From assembly GCA_964016885.1 (NCBI GenBank), contig OZ024759.1, positions 20,274,001 through 20,338,000 on the forward strand: a DNA stretch of 64,000 bases. The letters are read 5' to 3'. The translations under genes and the position numbers were made by a program. This DNA is from Eledone cirrhosa (lineage: Eukaryota). The notes under the pieces are model-generated. The model was not told where the DNA came from. It was given only the letters and a program-made list of their open reading frames with translations, and did not search any database. Positions 11,597 through 23,031 of the stretch are shown one piece after another (the stretch's first letter is position 1; each line of letters starts with the position of its first letter).

Positions 11597-11635
11597 TTCT
11601 CCTGATGAAGGACTAGCGTCCGAAATGTTAAGACT
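11597..11635 (+). ncRNA. Minimal type-I hammerhead motif (Penelope-type, slightly degenerate)
   Basis: CTGATGA-A-GGAC-TAGC-GTCC-GAAA-TGTTA. Confidence 0.55.
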
Positions 11636-11781
11636 CTCTTCCTGCTATTTCAAGCGTTAACCTAATATATTCCTGCCATATACTGTACCGATTGTGTTGT
11701 TATTTCTGTTTACCTTTTACATATATATATATATATAAACTTTGTCCAAACTTTAATGCATGTAACCTGCAGTTTTATGTG

Positions 11782-12028
11782 GACTCGCCCAGCGATTCGG
11801 CGTATAAGGGTTCAACAGTCTTTTCAGTTCATTGTTTTATGTTTATGCTTCAAATGCCACATCAACACAGCTGCTGATTTACACACCAGTCTCCATTTTG
11901 TGCAGGTGACAGGATCTTGAACAGAGCCGGCTGGAATACCTGGCCGGAATCTAGTGTCAGATCTTATCTCACAGAGGTGGGCTAAACGAGATTTCTCAAA
12001 GTTCATTATACCTTCGTGGCAGATGGTT
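11782..12028 (-). mobile_element. RTE (BovB-like) LINE 3' end
   Basis: RTICHEGIMNFEKSRLAHL...VTCTKWRLVCKSAAVLMWHLKHKH: C-terminal degenerate C2H2 finger of RTE-BovB ORFs. Confidence 0.7.
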
Positions 12029-12119
12029 CTCTCTCTATATATATATAATAGTCACGACCCCGACGGCTGAACTCTTTATAATGCAACCATACTCTTAGAC
12101 GCGAGTCTACATGTGAACA

Positions 12120-12209
12120 CATATCTGAGCAATTTCCGATTCTAGAGTCAGGATCGATCATTAATTGATCTTTCCTCGAGCTGATCGAAAGTGAAACATA
12201 AGTAATATG
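12120..12209 (+). ncRNA. Hammerhead remnant with extended stem II
   Basis: CATAT-CTGAGCA...ATCGAAAGT-GAAA-CATAAG-TA-ATATG. Stem I is perfect but the core is mutated; homologous to 43602-43691. Confidence 0.5.
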
Positions 12210-13044
12210 TAATTAAAAATATGTATATGATGCAACTTTGATTCTTTGTCCCTTATATATTATTATTGTTGATACTCTGCTCCCCAAGAGCTTCGAGTGC
12301 TCATCTTGGCATACCGCCTACGGACGCATTTAATTTGCACTTCTAATACCTATATATTCGACAGCTAGATCCGAGCTCAGTTCGGTTTTTGCTGTCGAAA
12401 CGGTCGGAGCTGCTCAACCGTCGGGGTCCTGACTCTTTTCCTATTACCCACTCTACTACGATAAGTATCTGGTGCGTTCTGTCCCACCTGGTTTCTTACC
12501 ACATTTTCTCTGTTCTTTGTCCTTATATATTATATGGAGTTAACCAAAAAGAGTTAATAGTGCCAATTGATAATATATTCAAGCTCAATATGTTTGTCAT
12601 TATAGATAGAAATATAGAAGATGAGGTTTTAAGAATGGAAGAAATAAATGACATATTGCTCTTTCTCTCATTTATGGCATTTATAGTCCTTTCCAATACT
12701 GCTTTCTTTTTCTGTATGTTTACATCTTAACATCCTAAACTGGATGTATGCTTATCGCTGTTGTTTCATTTATTGTAGTTGTACTTGGACAAAATACTTT
12801 AAATAAATAACCATACATTAAATGAAAAAAATAACACAGATTACATATGTTGAATTAAGATGACAGAATAGATTTCCTAAACCATTTAATAGTTGTTCAA
12901 ATCTTTCAATACAAGCTATTCAACTAATGCTTGTTATTATAATATTTATTAAATATATTTTTTTTAGCATAAATTTATATTATTGAAGTCATTTCGAAGA
13001 CAGCTGTTACGGAATGTTCCGATGAAAGGTTAAAAGATAAAAAT

Positions 13045-13326
13045 CCCATAACTCCTTGTGGAGTCTTAGAGGTACCGTTATACGGCGTGTCTAAGGCACT
13101 TTTAAACCTGGTGGAGCCCAACCCTCTCCAGGTCTGAACACAGCCGATTTCTTTTATAGAGGAAGAATCGACCCCCAGTACTTGACTGGTACTTTTTTAT
13201 CGACCTCAAAAGGATGAAAGGCAAAGTTGACCACGGCGGGATTTAAACTCAGAGCGTGCAATGAAGTGGGACGAATACTGTAAAGCATTCCCTCCGACAC
13301 CTTAACGACTCTGCCAATTCGCCGCC
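13045..13326 (-). mobile_element. tRNA-SINE family 2 (shared core, different tail)
   Basis: Core GCCTTTCATCC..GAGGTCGATAAAA.GTACCAG plus a tail shared with 17745-17930, 18013-18275, 28690-28815 and 33985-34290. Confidence 0.75.
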
Positions 13327-13515
13327 TCTGATGAAAGAACCACCCATAAAATCCTAATTTCTGACTATTTCGAAAGCCACATTCGTTCAAACCACATTAG
13401 AAAAAAAAATCCTATTAAAAGATAAGAAAATTTAAAAAAAACCTAAATTTGGTTGAAAATTCTAACCAAACCTATGAACACTAAACTTTAAAAAAACTTA
13501 TTATTACATCCCACT

Positions 13516-14115
13516 TGTGGCGGTGGTTTGGCAGAATCGGTAGAGCGCCGGACAACATGGATAGCGGCATCGTTATGGCCCTGTTCTGAGTGAAAATTCC
13601 GTCGAGGTTAGCTTTGCCTTTCATCTTTACGGGGTCGATAAAATAAAGCACCAGTGATGCACTGGGGTCGATTTAAACAACTTTCCCCTCCCCTTGAAAT
13701 TGATGGCCTTTTGCTTATAGTAGAAATCATTATGGATTGGCTGTATTGGTAATGGGCCGAACGCTATGCTTTGCAGTATAAAGTGACACTCCTTTACGGT
13801 CTGAGTTCAAATCCCGCCGAGGTGAACTTTGCCTTTCATCCTTACGAGCCTGATAAAATAAAGTACCAGTAATGCACTAGGGTAATTGCTGGCCTTGTCA
13901 AAAGTAAAAACAATTATTACATCCGACTCAAAGATTTTTTTTCTTTCTGTATTTATAATAATTGTTTCTACTTTTGGCACAAGGCCAGCAATTATCAGTA
14001 CATTACTGGTACTTTATTTTATCGACCCCGTAAGGATGAAAGGCAAAGTTGACCTCGGCGGGATTTGAACACAATGGAAAGGGCCGTAGCTCTATGCGTC
14101 AAAACATGACGTCCG
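13516..14115. mobile_element. Three adjacent family-1 SINEs (+, +, -)
   Basis: Copies at ~13516-13732, 13733-13920 and 13960-14115. Confidence 0.88.
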
Positions 14116-14344
14116 TATGTATTTATAATAATATGACAATAATAATAATTTCATTTCTTAAAAGTATATTTATAATATCTAGTTTAAAGACCGTCTTGAG
14201 CTAGGAGACTCATCGAGTTGGTGCTTATCCTCGTTTCTGAGGCATGAAACGACTGAGAATGCAAGACACCCTCCTGGATATGACGCCAGTCCATCGCAGG
14301 GTTAACCCCTGCCCCGAGCTATTGCTGGTATTCATTTTCAGCTG

Positions 14345-15135
14345 AGTATATTGGAGCCACGTAAAATGAAGTGCTTTTTTTTCTTTTAAGAATACAATAC
14401 ACAACCGAGTCCAGGAATCAACCCCACAACATTTTCTGATCGTAGGTCCAACGTACCTCCCCATATTTATAATTTAAATGTACTTTATTCCTAATATGAT
14501 AATGTCAGGTCATTTCCCTTCTAAATAACATCTTGTCTCGTTAACATTTAACACCTGTCCAGGTAAGTAAATTCCTCCCCTCAAGAATGTCCAACAATAA
14601 TAGAAACTCCTCTGTCTTTACCATATCAACATGGGCAGACCTCTATAGTAAATTCGAGCAAGACTTATATCTCTGAAACCAAAATATAGCGAGGCGTAAA
14701 TATTTCTTGACCAATATTTTCACCATGTTTAGTCTGAAAATCTTTAAAATAGAGTTACGGTCTTCTGTTGAATAACATTTAGTGGCATTCATTCAGTATT
14801 TTATTGAATAAAATTAACATTTAGAGTCAGGCGGCATTGTTATTGACGATAAATAAACACTGAACCAATATGTTCACCATGTTTCGTCTTTAAATTTTCA
14901 AGATACTTATTGTCGTCTGCTAAATAAAATTCTGCGACATTCAGTATTCTGTTGAATACTGTATCATATTTAATAAAATTAAAGTTTATAGTCATGTGGC
15001 ATTGATATTGGTTATCCATCTTCATAATTTTATAAGATTTTCTCTTATTTCTTCCATCAATGAGCTTGTTTTTTTTATTTATTTAGATAGCGGGGAATGA
15101 ACAAGTATAGAAACCATTCCCATGTTTTAATAATA
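14345..15135 (-). repeat. Copy 2 of locally triplicated segment
   Basis: Aligns with 10170-10750 and, inverted, with 23340-24095; contains ORF 14840..15025. Confidence 0.9.
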
Positions 15136-15214
15136 CTTGCACCTATTTTAGTAATAGATCGATGAAACTTATGCAGGCATAAGGGACTCCATTAACACTC
15201 TTCGAGGCTAAGAC

Positions 15215-15491
15215 AACCCTAGAGTTGCACAATAGGCCGCTAGGGGTTCCGCGATAAGCAAGCTAAAGCACTTTTGAGTAATTTTTGTTTAATTTTATAT
15301 TTGTAATTTTATTTTAATATTCCTTAAAGCAGTTATTCGAAAAAAAAATATTCTATGTTTAACACATGAACTACGATAAAAATATAAAAGTGATATTAAT
15401 AATGGTATATAAATATTTTTATGCAGGGCTTTCCTGAGTCATGAAAACTATTTCAAGGGTTCTACAAGGGTTAAAAGGTTGAGAAACGCTG
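15215..15491. mobile_element. hAT (Charlie-like) MITE remnant
   Basis: Ends in AAAAGGTTGAGAAACGCTG with GGGGTTCCGCG subterminal motif; left TIR not clear. Confidence 0.5.
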
Positions 15492-15689
15492 CTCTAAGCA
15501 CTGAAAACATTATGATACTCGTATCTCCATCGATTTTAATTGTTTTGTTTGTTTATTTCCCCAGTCAGAATCATGGAAATACAACATCAAATAGATTAGA
15601 ATTGGTGCAATGGTCCATGTCCACTGTCCTTCAACAATTAAGAAAAGAAAAGATCTCGCCAGAGTTACCGTCCTTTATGTAATTTTTCC

Positions 15690-16512
15690 TTGAGTTCAAA
15701 TCCCGCCGATGTCGGCTTTGCCTTTCATCCTTATGGAGTTAATAAAATAAAGTACCAGTAATGCACTGGGGTCAATTTAATTGTCTTTCTCCTCCCCCTG
15801 AAATTGCTGGCTTTGTGCCTTAAGCAGAAATCATTATGTTTACATTTATGTTTATATTTTCATTCTGAAAGAATTGTGAACAATTTGTAATGTTATTTAT
15901 ACAACTGTGAATAAAATTCAATGTTAACTTTTGGTGCCTTGTATTTGTAAGGTTCCTATCAATAGTTAATTGTATTTATTATATGTATTTACAACTGTGA
16001 ATATGGCGGTGGTTTGGCAGTATCGGTAGAGCGTCAGACACCATGCTTTGCAGCATAGTGTTATGGCCCTTTACGTTTTGTGTTCAAATCCTGCCTTTCA
16101 TCCTTACAGAGTCAATAAAATAAATCACCAGTAATGCACTGGGGTAATTGTTGGCCTTGTGCCAAAAGTAGAAACAATTATATATGTTTACATTTATGTT
16201 TATATTTTCGATCTGAAAGAATAGTGAACAATTTGTAATGTTATTTATAAAACTGTGAATAAAATTCAATGTTAACTTTTGGTGCCTTGTATTTGTAAAG
16301 TTCCTACTAATAGTTTATTGTATTTGCGGTGGATTGGCAGTATCGGTAGAGGGTCGGATGCCATGCTTTCCAGCATAGTTACGTCCCTTTACGATCTGAG
16401 TTCAGATCCCGCCGAGGTTGACTTTGCCTTTCATCCTTACGGGGTCGATAAAATAAAGTACCAGTAATGCACTGGGTATTTGCTGGCCTTGTGCCTAAAG
16501 TGGAAACAATTA
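15690..16512 (+). mobile_element. Three tandem family-1 SINEs with duplicated flanks
   Basis: SINEs at ~15690-15836, 16004-16180 and 16326-16512, each followed by (A/G)TGTTTACATTT.TGTTTATATTT. Confidence 0.85.
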
Positions 16513-16539
16513 TATGTGTTTACATTTGTGTTTATATTT

Positions 16540-17075
16540 CCTGCGATATTGTTATGTTTTGCTCTGTTAGCGATTGGTTTGTCCATCCCTTTCGCCTGCC
16601 TTTTGTTGTATGTGGTCCTAGATGTATTACTGCTATTGTTATTCTTATTCATGTGGTTAATTATTTTTACCTATATTTCATTACTGCACTAGGACTTGAT
16701 GAACACAACCACAAGGATGTGGTCCGAACGTGGAAGAGCCGAACTCCCGCTGTCATCGCCGCCATCTCTCTCGCCCTCCCCCATCTCTCCGTATGGTGAA
16801 CAAATGGGGTCCCACGTGCTGGCCTCCCCGCAGCCCCGGCGGACAGAATGGAGAAGGAGTTTCCCCGGAGGATGGTAAGGGAGATGCGCTGGAAGAGCCA
16901 TTCCAACTCGCGAGGCTCACACCTGCGGCTGGCCAGCTCAGCGCCTATGGTGGTGCGTAGGGCCAAGGGCACAACCGTGAACCTGTCGAAGAGCGATATT
17001 TGCTTGTGTTTTTCACTTTCACTTTCACTTTCTCGTTTTTAATTATTTGCAATGTTATTTATACAACTCTTCAGT
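16540..17075 (+). mobile_element. CRE family-1 3' UTR with a single 40-bp monomer, interrupted by a CRE family-2 copy
   Basis: 16540-16628 aligns to 2318-2400 (..CCTTTTGTTGTATGTGGTCCTAGATGTATT) and resumes at ~16999 (TGCTTGTGTTTTTCAC). Confidence 0.7.
16630..16995 (-). mobile_element. CRE-like family-2 3' end
   Basis: TTIGAELASRRCEPRELEWLFQRISLTILRGNSFSILSA (RLE C-terminus); homolog at 39520-39825. Confidence 0.8.
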
Positions 17076-18389
17076 AAATAAAATATATTTGTTTGAGAAA
17101 TAATTTGTAATGTCATTTATATAACTGTGAATAAAAATTATATATATTCATTCGTTATTTATTCAATCCCGCCGAGGTTGACTTTGCCTTTCATCCTTAC
17201 GGGGTCGATAAAATAAAGTACCAGTAATGCACTGGGTATTTGCTGGCCTTGTGCCTAAAGTAGAAACAATTATTTATTCAAAGCAATCCAACTTATTTTA
17301 CAAACTGGATAAAAATTTATATTCTGGATGCAGATAATTGAACTGCTTTGTAAATATTACATACACGTATGCATGGATTGTTGTTATGATTATAAAATAA
17401 TTGTATTTATTATATGTGTTCACGTTTGTGTTTATATTTTCATTCTGTAAGAATTGTGAATAATTTGTAATGTTATTTATACAATTGGGAATAATAAAAT
17501 ATATTAAAACTGTCGGAAGTCGTTCATATTTTTCTTTCTTTGTTTCTTGTATATAATCAACTGATGAAGGGGAAGATTCCTTCAAAAGACACCAAAAACT
17601 AAACGAAGTCAATGTAATTGTAAAAATCTACGAAAACTCCCCATATACGATGCACAGAAAAACAAGATAATAATAATAACTATAGGGTTCCTCTTTACTA
17701 GAATCATGTACCTATTTTTCTTAATTGTTCGTCCAGTTTCTGAAGACAACTTTGTCTTTCATCCATTCGAGGTCGATACAAAAAGTACCAGTCTAGTACC
17801 GGAGTCGATATTTCCTCTATATCTCTTTATCACTTCCATTCTCTCCCTTTCTATCCTTCTCTGGAGAGGAAATCTGCTGTATTCAGACTCGGGGAATAAA
17901 ATAGGCTCCGTCATGTTTTAGAGAGATAGCCATGTTCATTTTGATGATGATGATGATGATGATAATGGAGAGCTGTTTTAGTGTTATAAAGTTTCTTCAT
18001 AGTTAAAATGTAAGGTGGCGAATTGGCAGAGTCGTTAGAACGTCGGATAGAATGCTTTGTAGTATTCGTTTCGGCTTTCTGAGTTCAAATTCCGTCGAGG
18101 TTAACTTTGCATTTCATCCATCCTAGGTCGATACAAACAGTACCAGTCTAATACTGGAATCCTAATCTCTCTATCCTTGTTGGAAGAAATCTACCGTCGT
18201 CAGGCACTCAAGTCGAGAGAGGAGATGGACTCGCCAGGTTAAAGAAATGTCATGTCGATCCAGTGTTGCGTGTAACTGTTCTGTATATGCATTTCTCGCT
18301 GCTTTCACTTTCGTTTTATAAAGTCTATATTTTTACCAGATTAGTATTAAAAGAGTTAAAGTTGTTTCAAGGCAAAACAATTCCATCAT

Positions 18390-18930
18390 AGTTTCATTTC
18401 AGATCCTTTTGTGAAGTGGTAGATTTATTTATTCAATATACAGAAAAGCAATTGACTTTTCCAAAGATAATTGAGTCATATCTAATAAAAACAATACACA
18501 TTCTTAAATGGAACGGAAAAGGAGAAAAGGCAAAGAAAAGGATCAAGCAACGAAGGAAAGGAGAAGGGTAAAGAGAAACACTACATCTCAGTCTGAGCAG
18601 TGCATCAGCTGCGCCCTACAGACAAAAGGGTTAAGGTGTTTCAAGGCTTCAGATTTTTATTTCAGGTCCTTTTATTAAGTGATAAATCTATTTATTTAAT
18701 ATACAGAACCACACAACGTCATGAAAAGCAATTGACATTATATAGAAAATATAAATGAGCAGTATCTAATAAAGACAAGACACAATATTAATGGGAATGG
18801 ATAAGGAAGGAAATGAAAAGGAGAAAGAGAACGAAAAGGGGTCAAGCAACGAGAGAAAGGTAAGAACAGACGCTACACCTAAGTTTCAGAGGTGCCTCAG
18901 CGATACCTTGAGAACAAAATGGCAGAAGCG
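18390..18930. repeat. Two diverged copies of a ~250-bp sequence (probable LINE 3' ends, minus)
   Basis: TTCAG.TCCTTTT..., GAAAAGCAATTGAC and TCAAGCAACGA occur twice. Confidence 0.55.
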
Positions 18931-18986
18931 TTACCGCGGAGACTGGCCAGAATGCCTCTCTCTTCCTTGGTTTCCAACATAATAAT

Positions 18987-19179
18987 TGTTTCTACTTTTG
19001 GCACAAGGCCAGCAATTACCCCAGTGCATTACTGGTACTTTATTTTATCGACCACGTAAGGATGAAAGGTAAAGTTAACTACGGCGGGATTTGAACTCAG
19101 ATCATAAAGGGCCATAACTCTATGCTTGCAAAGCATGGCGTCCGACCCTCTACCGATACTGCCAATCCACCACCCTCAC
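18987..19179 (-). mobile_element. Full-length family-1 SINE
   Basis: TSD TTCCAACATAATAAT at 18972-18986 and 19180-19194. Confidence 0.92.
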
Positions 19180-19340
19180 TTCCAACATAATAATAAATGT
19201 GACCCCTTTTTTTTTCGTGATCACCATTGCCATTGGGTATCAACTGAAACAGTTCTCGGAGACAGAAAAAACCCCAGAGGCAGCCATGATAATAAGGGGA
19301 TGGTGAGTAGGTAACACGATCGTAGGAAATCACCAGAATA

Positions 19341-19385
19341 TTCCTGATGATTTCATAGAAATGAAACAGTTCTAGACCTGTAGAA
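19341..19385 (+). ncRNA. Type-I hammerhead candidate
   Basis: TTC-CTGATGA-TTTC-ATA-GAAA-T-GAA-ACAG-(8 nt)-CTGT-A-GAA; GUA cleavage triplet. Confidence 0.5.
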
Positions 19386-19465
19386 GCCATTTCTATAATA
19401 TATATATACACACATATATATCTCTCTCTCTCTCTCTCTCTCTCCCTCTCTCTCTCTCTATCTCC

Positions 19466-19510
<45 letters not shown>

Positions 19511-19732
19511 TCTCTCTCTCTATATATATATATTAATAGTAATAATAAATGTGAAGACTAAAATCCGAAGAGGGCTCGATAAGGGTTATATATATATAAT
19601 TGTTTCTACATTTGGCAATTACCCAGTGTATTACTGGTACTTTATTTTATATATATATAAACCCGTAGAAGATCCCGTTAAGGATGAAAGCACAGATTCT
19701 TTGCTTAACCTTTAATCTGATCTTATAATATA

Positions 19733-19812
<80 letters not shown>

Positions 19813-19844
19813 AATGTATGTATATATATACATATATATATATG

Positions 19845-19914
<70 letters not shown>

Positions 19915-20114
19915 TATATACATACATATATATATATATATTATAGTTATATTCTTATATATATATATATTTATAATGTAGGAGGTGATTTTTATAGTAG
20001 TACAATAAAGCAATGCAGATATCGGATAAGAAGCACTCTACAGTTTGTGGGACTGGAGTATGCATGATCTTATATATATTTATATGATCTTATATATATT
20101 TATATATATACTTA

Positions 20115-20315
20115 TACGAGGGCTTGCTGAAAAATTCCTGGCTTGATCGCTGCTACAAAGATCCGCCGAGTTTTTTTTTTTACAGGGCTTAGAAAAACTG
20201 AAGGGCCGCTGTATTAAGGGTGTGAATCTGAGAGTGGAATATGTTGAATATAATTAACTGAATCTCTTGTATTTTCTTTTACTCAAAACCTGGAACTTTT
20301 CAGCACCCCCTAATA
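20115..20315. mobile_element. Tc1/mariner-type MITE
   Basis: TIRs TACGAGGGCTTGCTGAAAAATTCCTGG / CCTGGAACTTTTCAGCACCCCCTAATA in TA context. Confidence 0.75.
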
Positions 20316-20604
20316 TCTTTCATCAGATCGTGTGGGAATCGCATCCACATCTCCCTTTTCCGTTCTAAATAGGGGTTTATACGATCTGTTATTATTAAAC
20401 TATTATTTGTAGTAAAAAAATTACTAATTAAGGTTCATTTTCACACACACACACACACACACAAACATACACTACATACGTACTCACATACATACATACA
20501 CATATTTATATATATATGTGTTCGTTCATTTTCTAACTTCAGTTAAAGATTGACCACCGTTGGAAGCACATCGGGAAGTCTTTTAGTGACTTCGATCTTA
20601 CTGT

Positions 20605-21138
20605 GTATATATATATAATTATGTATTTATATATATTTATTTATGTATATATTTATTTATTTACGTATATATATTTATGTATATATATATTTATTTATTT
20701 ATGTATATATATATATTTATTTATTTATGTATATATATATATATATTTATTTATTTATGTATATATATATATATTTATTTATTTATGTATATATATATAT
20801 ATATTTATTTATTTATGTATATATATATATATTTATTTATGTATATATATATATATACATTTATTTATTTATGTATATATATATATATTTATTTATTTAT
20901 GTATATATATATATATATTTATTTATTTATATATATATATATTTATTTATTTATATATATATATATTTATTTATTTATGTATATATATATTTATTTATTT
21001 ATGTATATATATATATATATTTATTTATTTATGTATATATATATATATATTTATTTATTTATGTATATATATATATATATTTATTTATGTATATATATAT
21101 TTATTTATTTATGTATATATATATATATTTATTTATAT
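20605..21138. repeat. Compound (TA)n/(TTTA)n minisatellite
   Basis: Repeating ATTTATTTATTTATGTATATATAT units. Confidence 0.95.
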
Positions 21139-21369
21139 CAAAATGGAGACGGTAAAAACCAGTTAGACCATGACTCACCAGAGTACTCGATACTTGTAGT
21201 AGAGTGGGAAATATTCAGGACCCGATGGCTGAGCGGGGTCCTGAATCTTACATATATTAAAAAAAAAATTTGCTCAACATGGCTGAATACAATAAATGTA
21301 ATCTGAGTTTTTCGAATATCAATAATAATGTGTTGGCATGTTTACATGCCAATGAATCGAATGTCATTA

Positions 21370-21502
21370 CGGCCCTTTCCATTCTGAGTTCAAATCCCGC
21401 CAAGGTCAACTTTGCCTTTCATCCTTACGGTGTTGATAAAATAAAGTACCAGTAATGTACTGGGTAATTGCTGACCTTGTGCCAAAAGTAGAAACAATTA
21501 TT
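21370..21502 (+). mobile_element. Family-1 SINE (5'-truncated)
   Basis: B box, core and tail present. Confidence 0.85.
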
Positions 21503-21574
21503 AATATTCGAATTACATCTATATATATATATATATATAATATAAGATCAAAAGATGGTTAAAAGAGTTCCAAG

Positions 21575-21644
21575 TATTTTATTATGCGCATTTCAAAACA
21601 AATATCATCATGGGGTGACATCTGCGTTCTCATCAGATAAAATA
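21575..21644 (-). ncRNA. Apparently intact minimal type-I hammerhead ribozyme
   Basis: Minus strand: UAUUUUAU-CUGAUGA-GAACGCAGAUGUCA..UGAUAUUUGUUUU-GAAA-UGCGCA-UA/AUAAAAUA. 8-bp stem I, full core, palindromic stem III, AUA triplet. Confidence 0.78.
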
Positions 21645-22034
21645 GGGAGACATGATATAAAGCTTAAAAAACACTTGTGAATAGTGAAGTATTAAATCAA
21701 CAAACATTATATATATCAAAATGAAAATCCGAAGGCAAGGTAAAATTCCAATCATTTAATCACGACATGTTTCAATAAAAGATAGATGAATTGTGAAGCC
21801 ACGATCGATTATCAGTGATCTCATCGGGTGGAAATGAATTGTCTTCAAATTCTTGATATGAGGGAGAAAAAAATAACGAAAAAAATCACATAATATATAA
21901 CAACTATTTATATATGTATTGAAGTTTGCGTTGACAATTGAAAAAGTCATATATATATATTAGACAGGAACAATAAACAGAGAGGCAGTACAAATGGTAG
22001 TTTATTAGGTTCACCCTTTTGAGAGTGTGGGGGA

Positions 22035-23031
22035 CGACGTTTAAGGCATAAGCCATCAGGAGAAAAGACATAAGACATCAGAAGAGAGTTCCGAGGGTAT
22101 GGTGGAATGGTGGAAAGACATTTAAAAAAAAGGGAAGGGGAGAAAAAAAGAGGAAAAACGATTTTTTAAGAAGTACAAATATATAGATGTATATACAGGG
22201 AGTCTCCCCCCTCCCAAATGAATAACCTGTACAGACAATATCTATGAAAAATGTTGAAGTGTGTGTACATATTGTACATGGTCATTGAAGACTGGTGTGT
22301 AAATCGTAGAAATTCCTGTAAGTAGAAAATAAATTACGAATTTTCGCCGACATTATAAACCTTGACTGTATTGTAAATTCGAAATTCTGAAGACAGTTCG
22401 TTCTAAAGCCTTTCTATGTTATTTTCTGTTGTAGTTTTACTTCTCGACATTTTGTTGTATACACGACGTAATTTAATTCTAAAATAATTGAAGAGCGTAT
22501 CAAAAAGACGAAATCTCGACGTTTAAGGCATAAGCCATCAGGAGAAAAGACATAAGACATCAGGAGTAAAGTAGGTAGGAAGAGTTCCGAGGATATGGTG
22601 GAATGGTGGAAAGACATTTTAAAAAAAGGGAAGGGGAGAAAAAAGAGGAAAAACGATTTTTTTAAGAAGTACAAATATATATATGTATATACAGCGAGTC
22701 TCCCCCCTCCCAAATGAATAACCTGTACTTTGATAACCTGTACAGACAATATCTATGAAAAATGTTGAAGTGTGTGTACATATTGTGCATGGTCATTGAA
22801 GACTGGTGTGTAAATCGTAGAAATTCCTGTAAGTAGAAAATAAATTACGAATTTTCGCCGACATTATAAACCTTGACTGTATTGTAAATTCGAAATTCTG
22901 AAGACAGTTCGTTCTAAAGCCTTTCTATCTGTTATTTTCTGTTGTAGTTTTACTTCTCGACATTTTGTTGTATACACGACGTAATTTAATTCTAAAATAA
23001 TTGAAGAGCGTATCAAAAAGACGAAATCTCG
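22035..23031. repeat. Recent tandem duplication (~480-515 bp x2)
   Basis: 22035-22516 is nearly identical to 22517-23031 apart from small indels. Confidence 0.95.

Noticed and set aside
13328-13380. CTGATGA...GAAA (also 17561, 19665, 48465, 57689)
   Set aside because: Stems I-III cannot be formed convincingly or core bases are missing; at most remnants.
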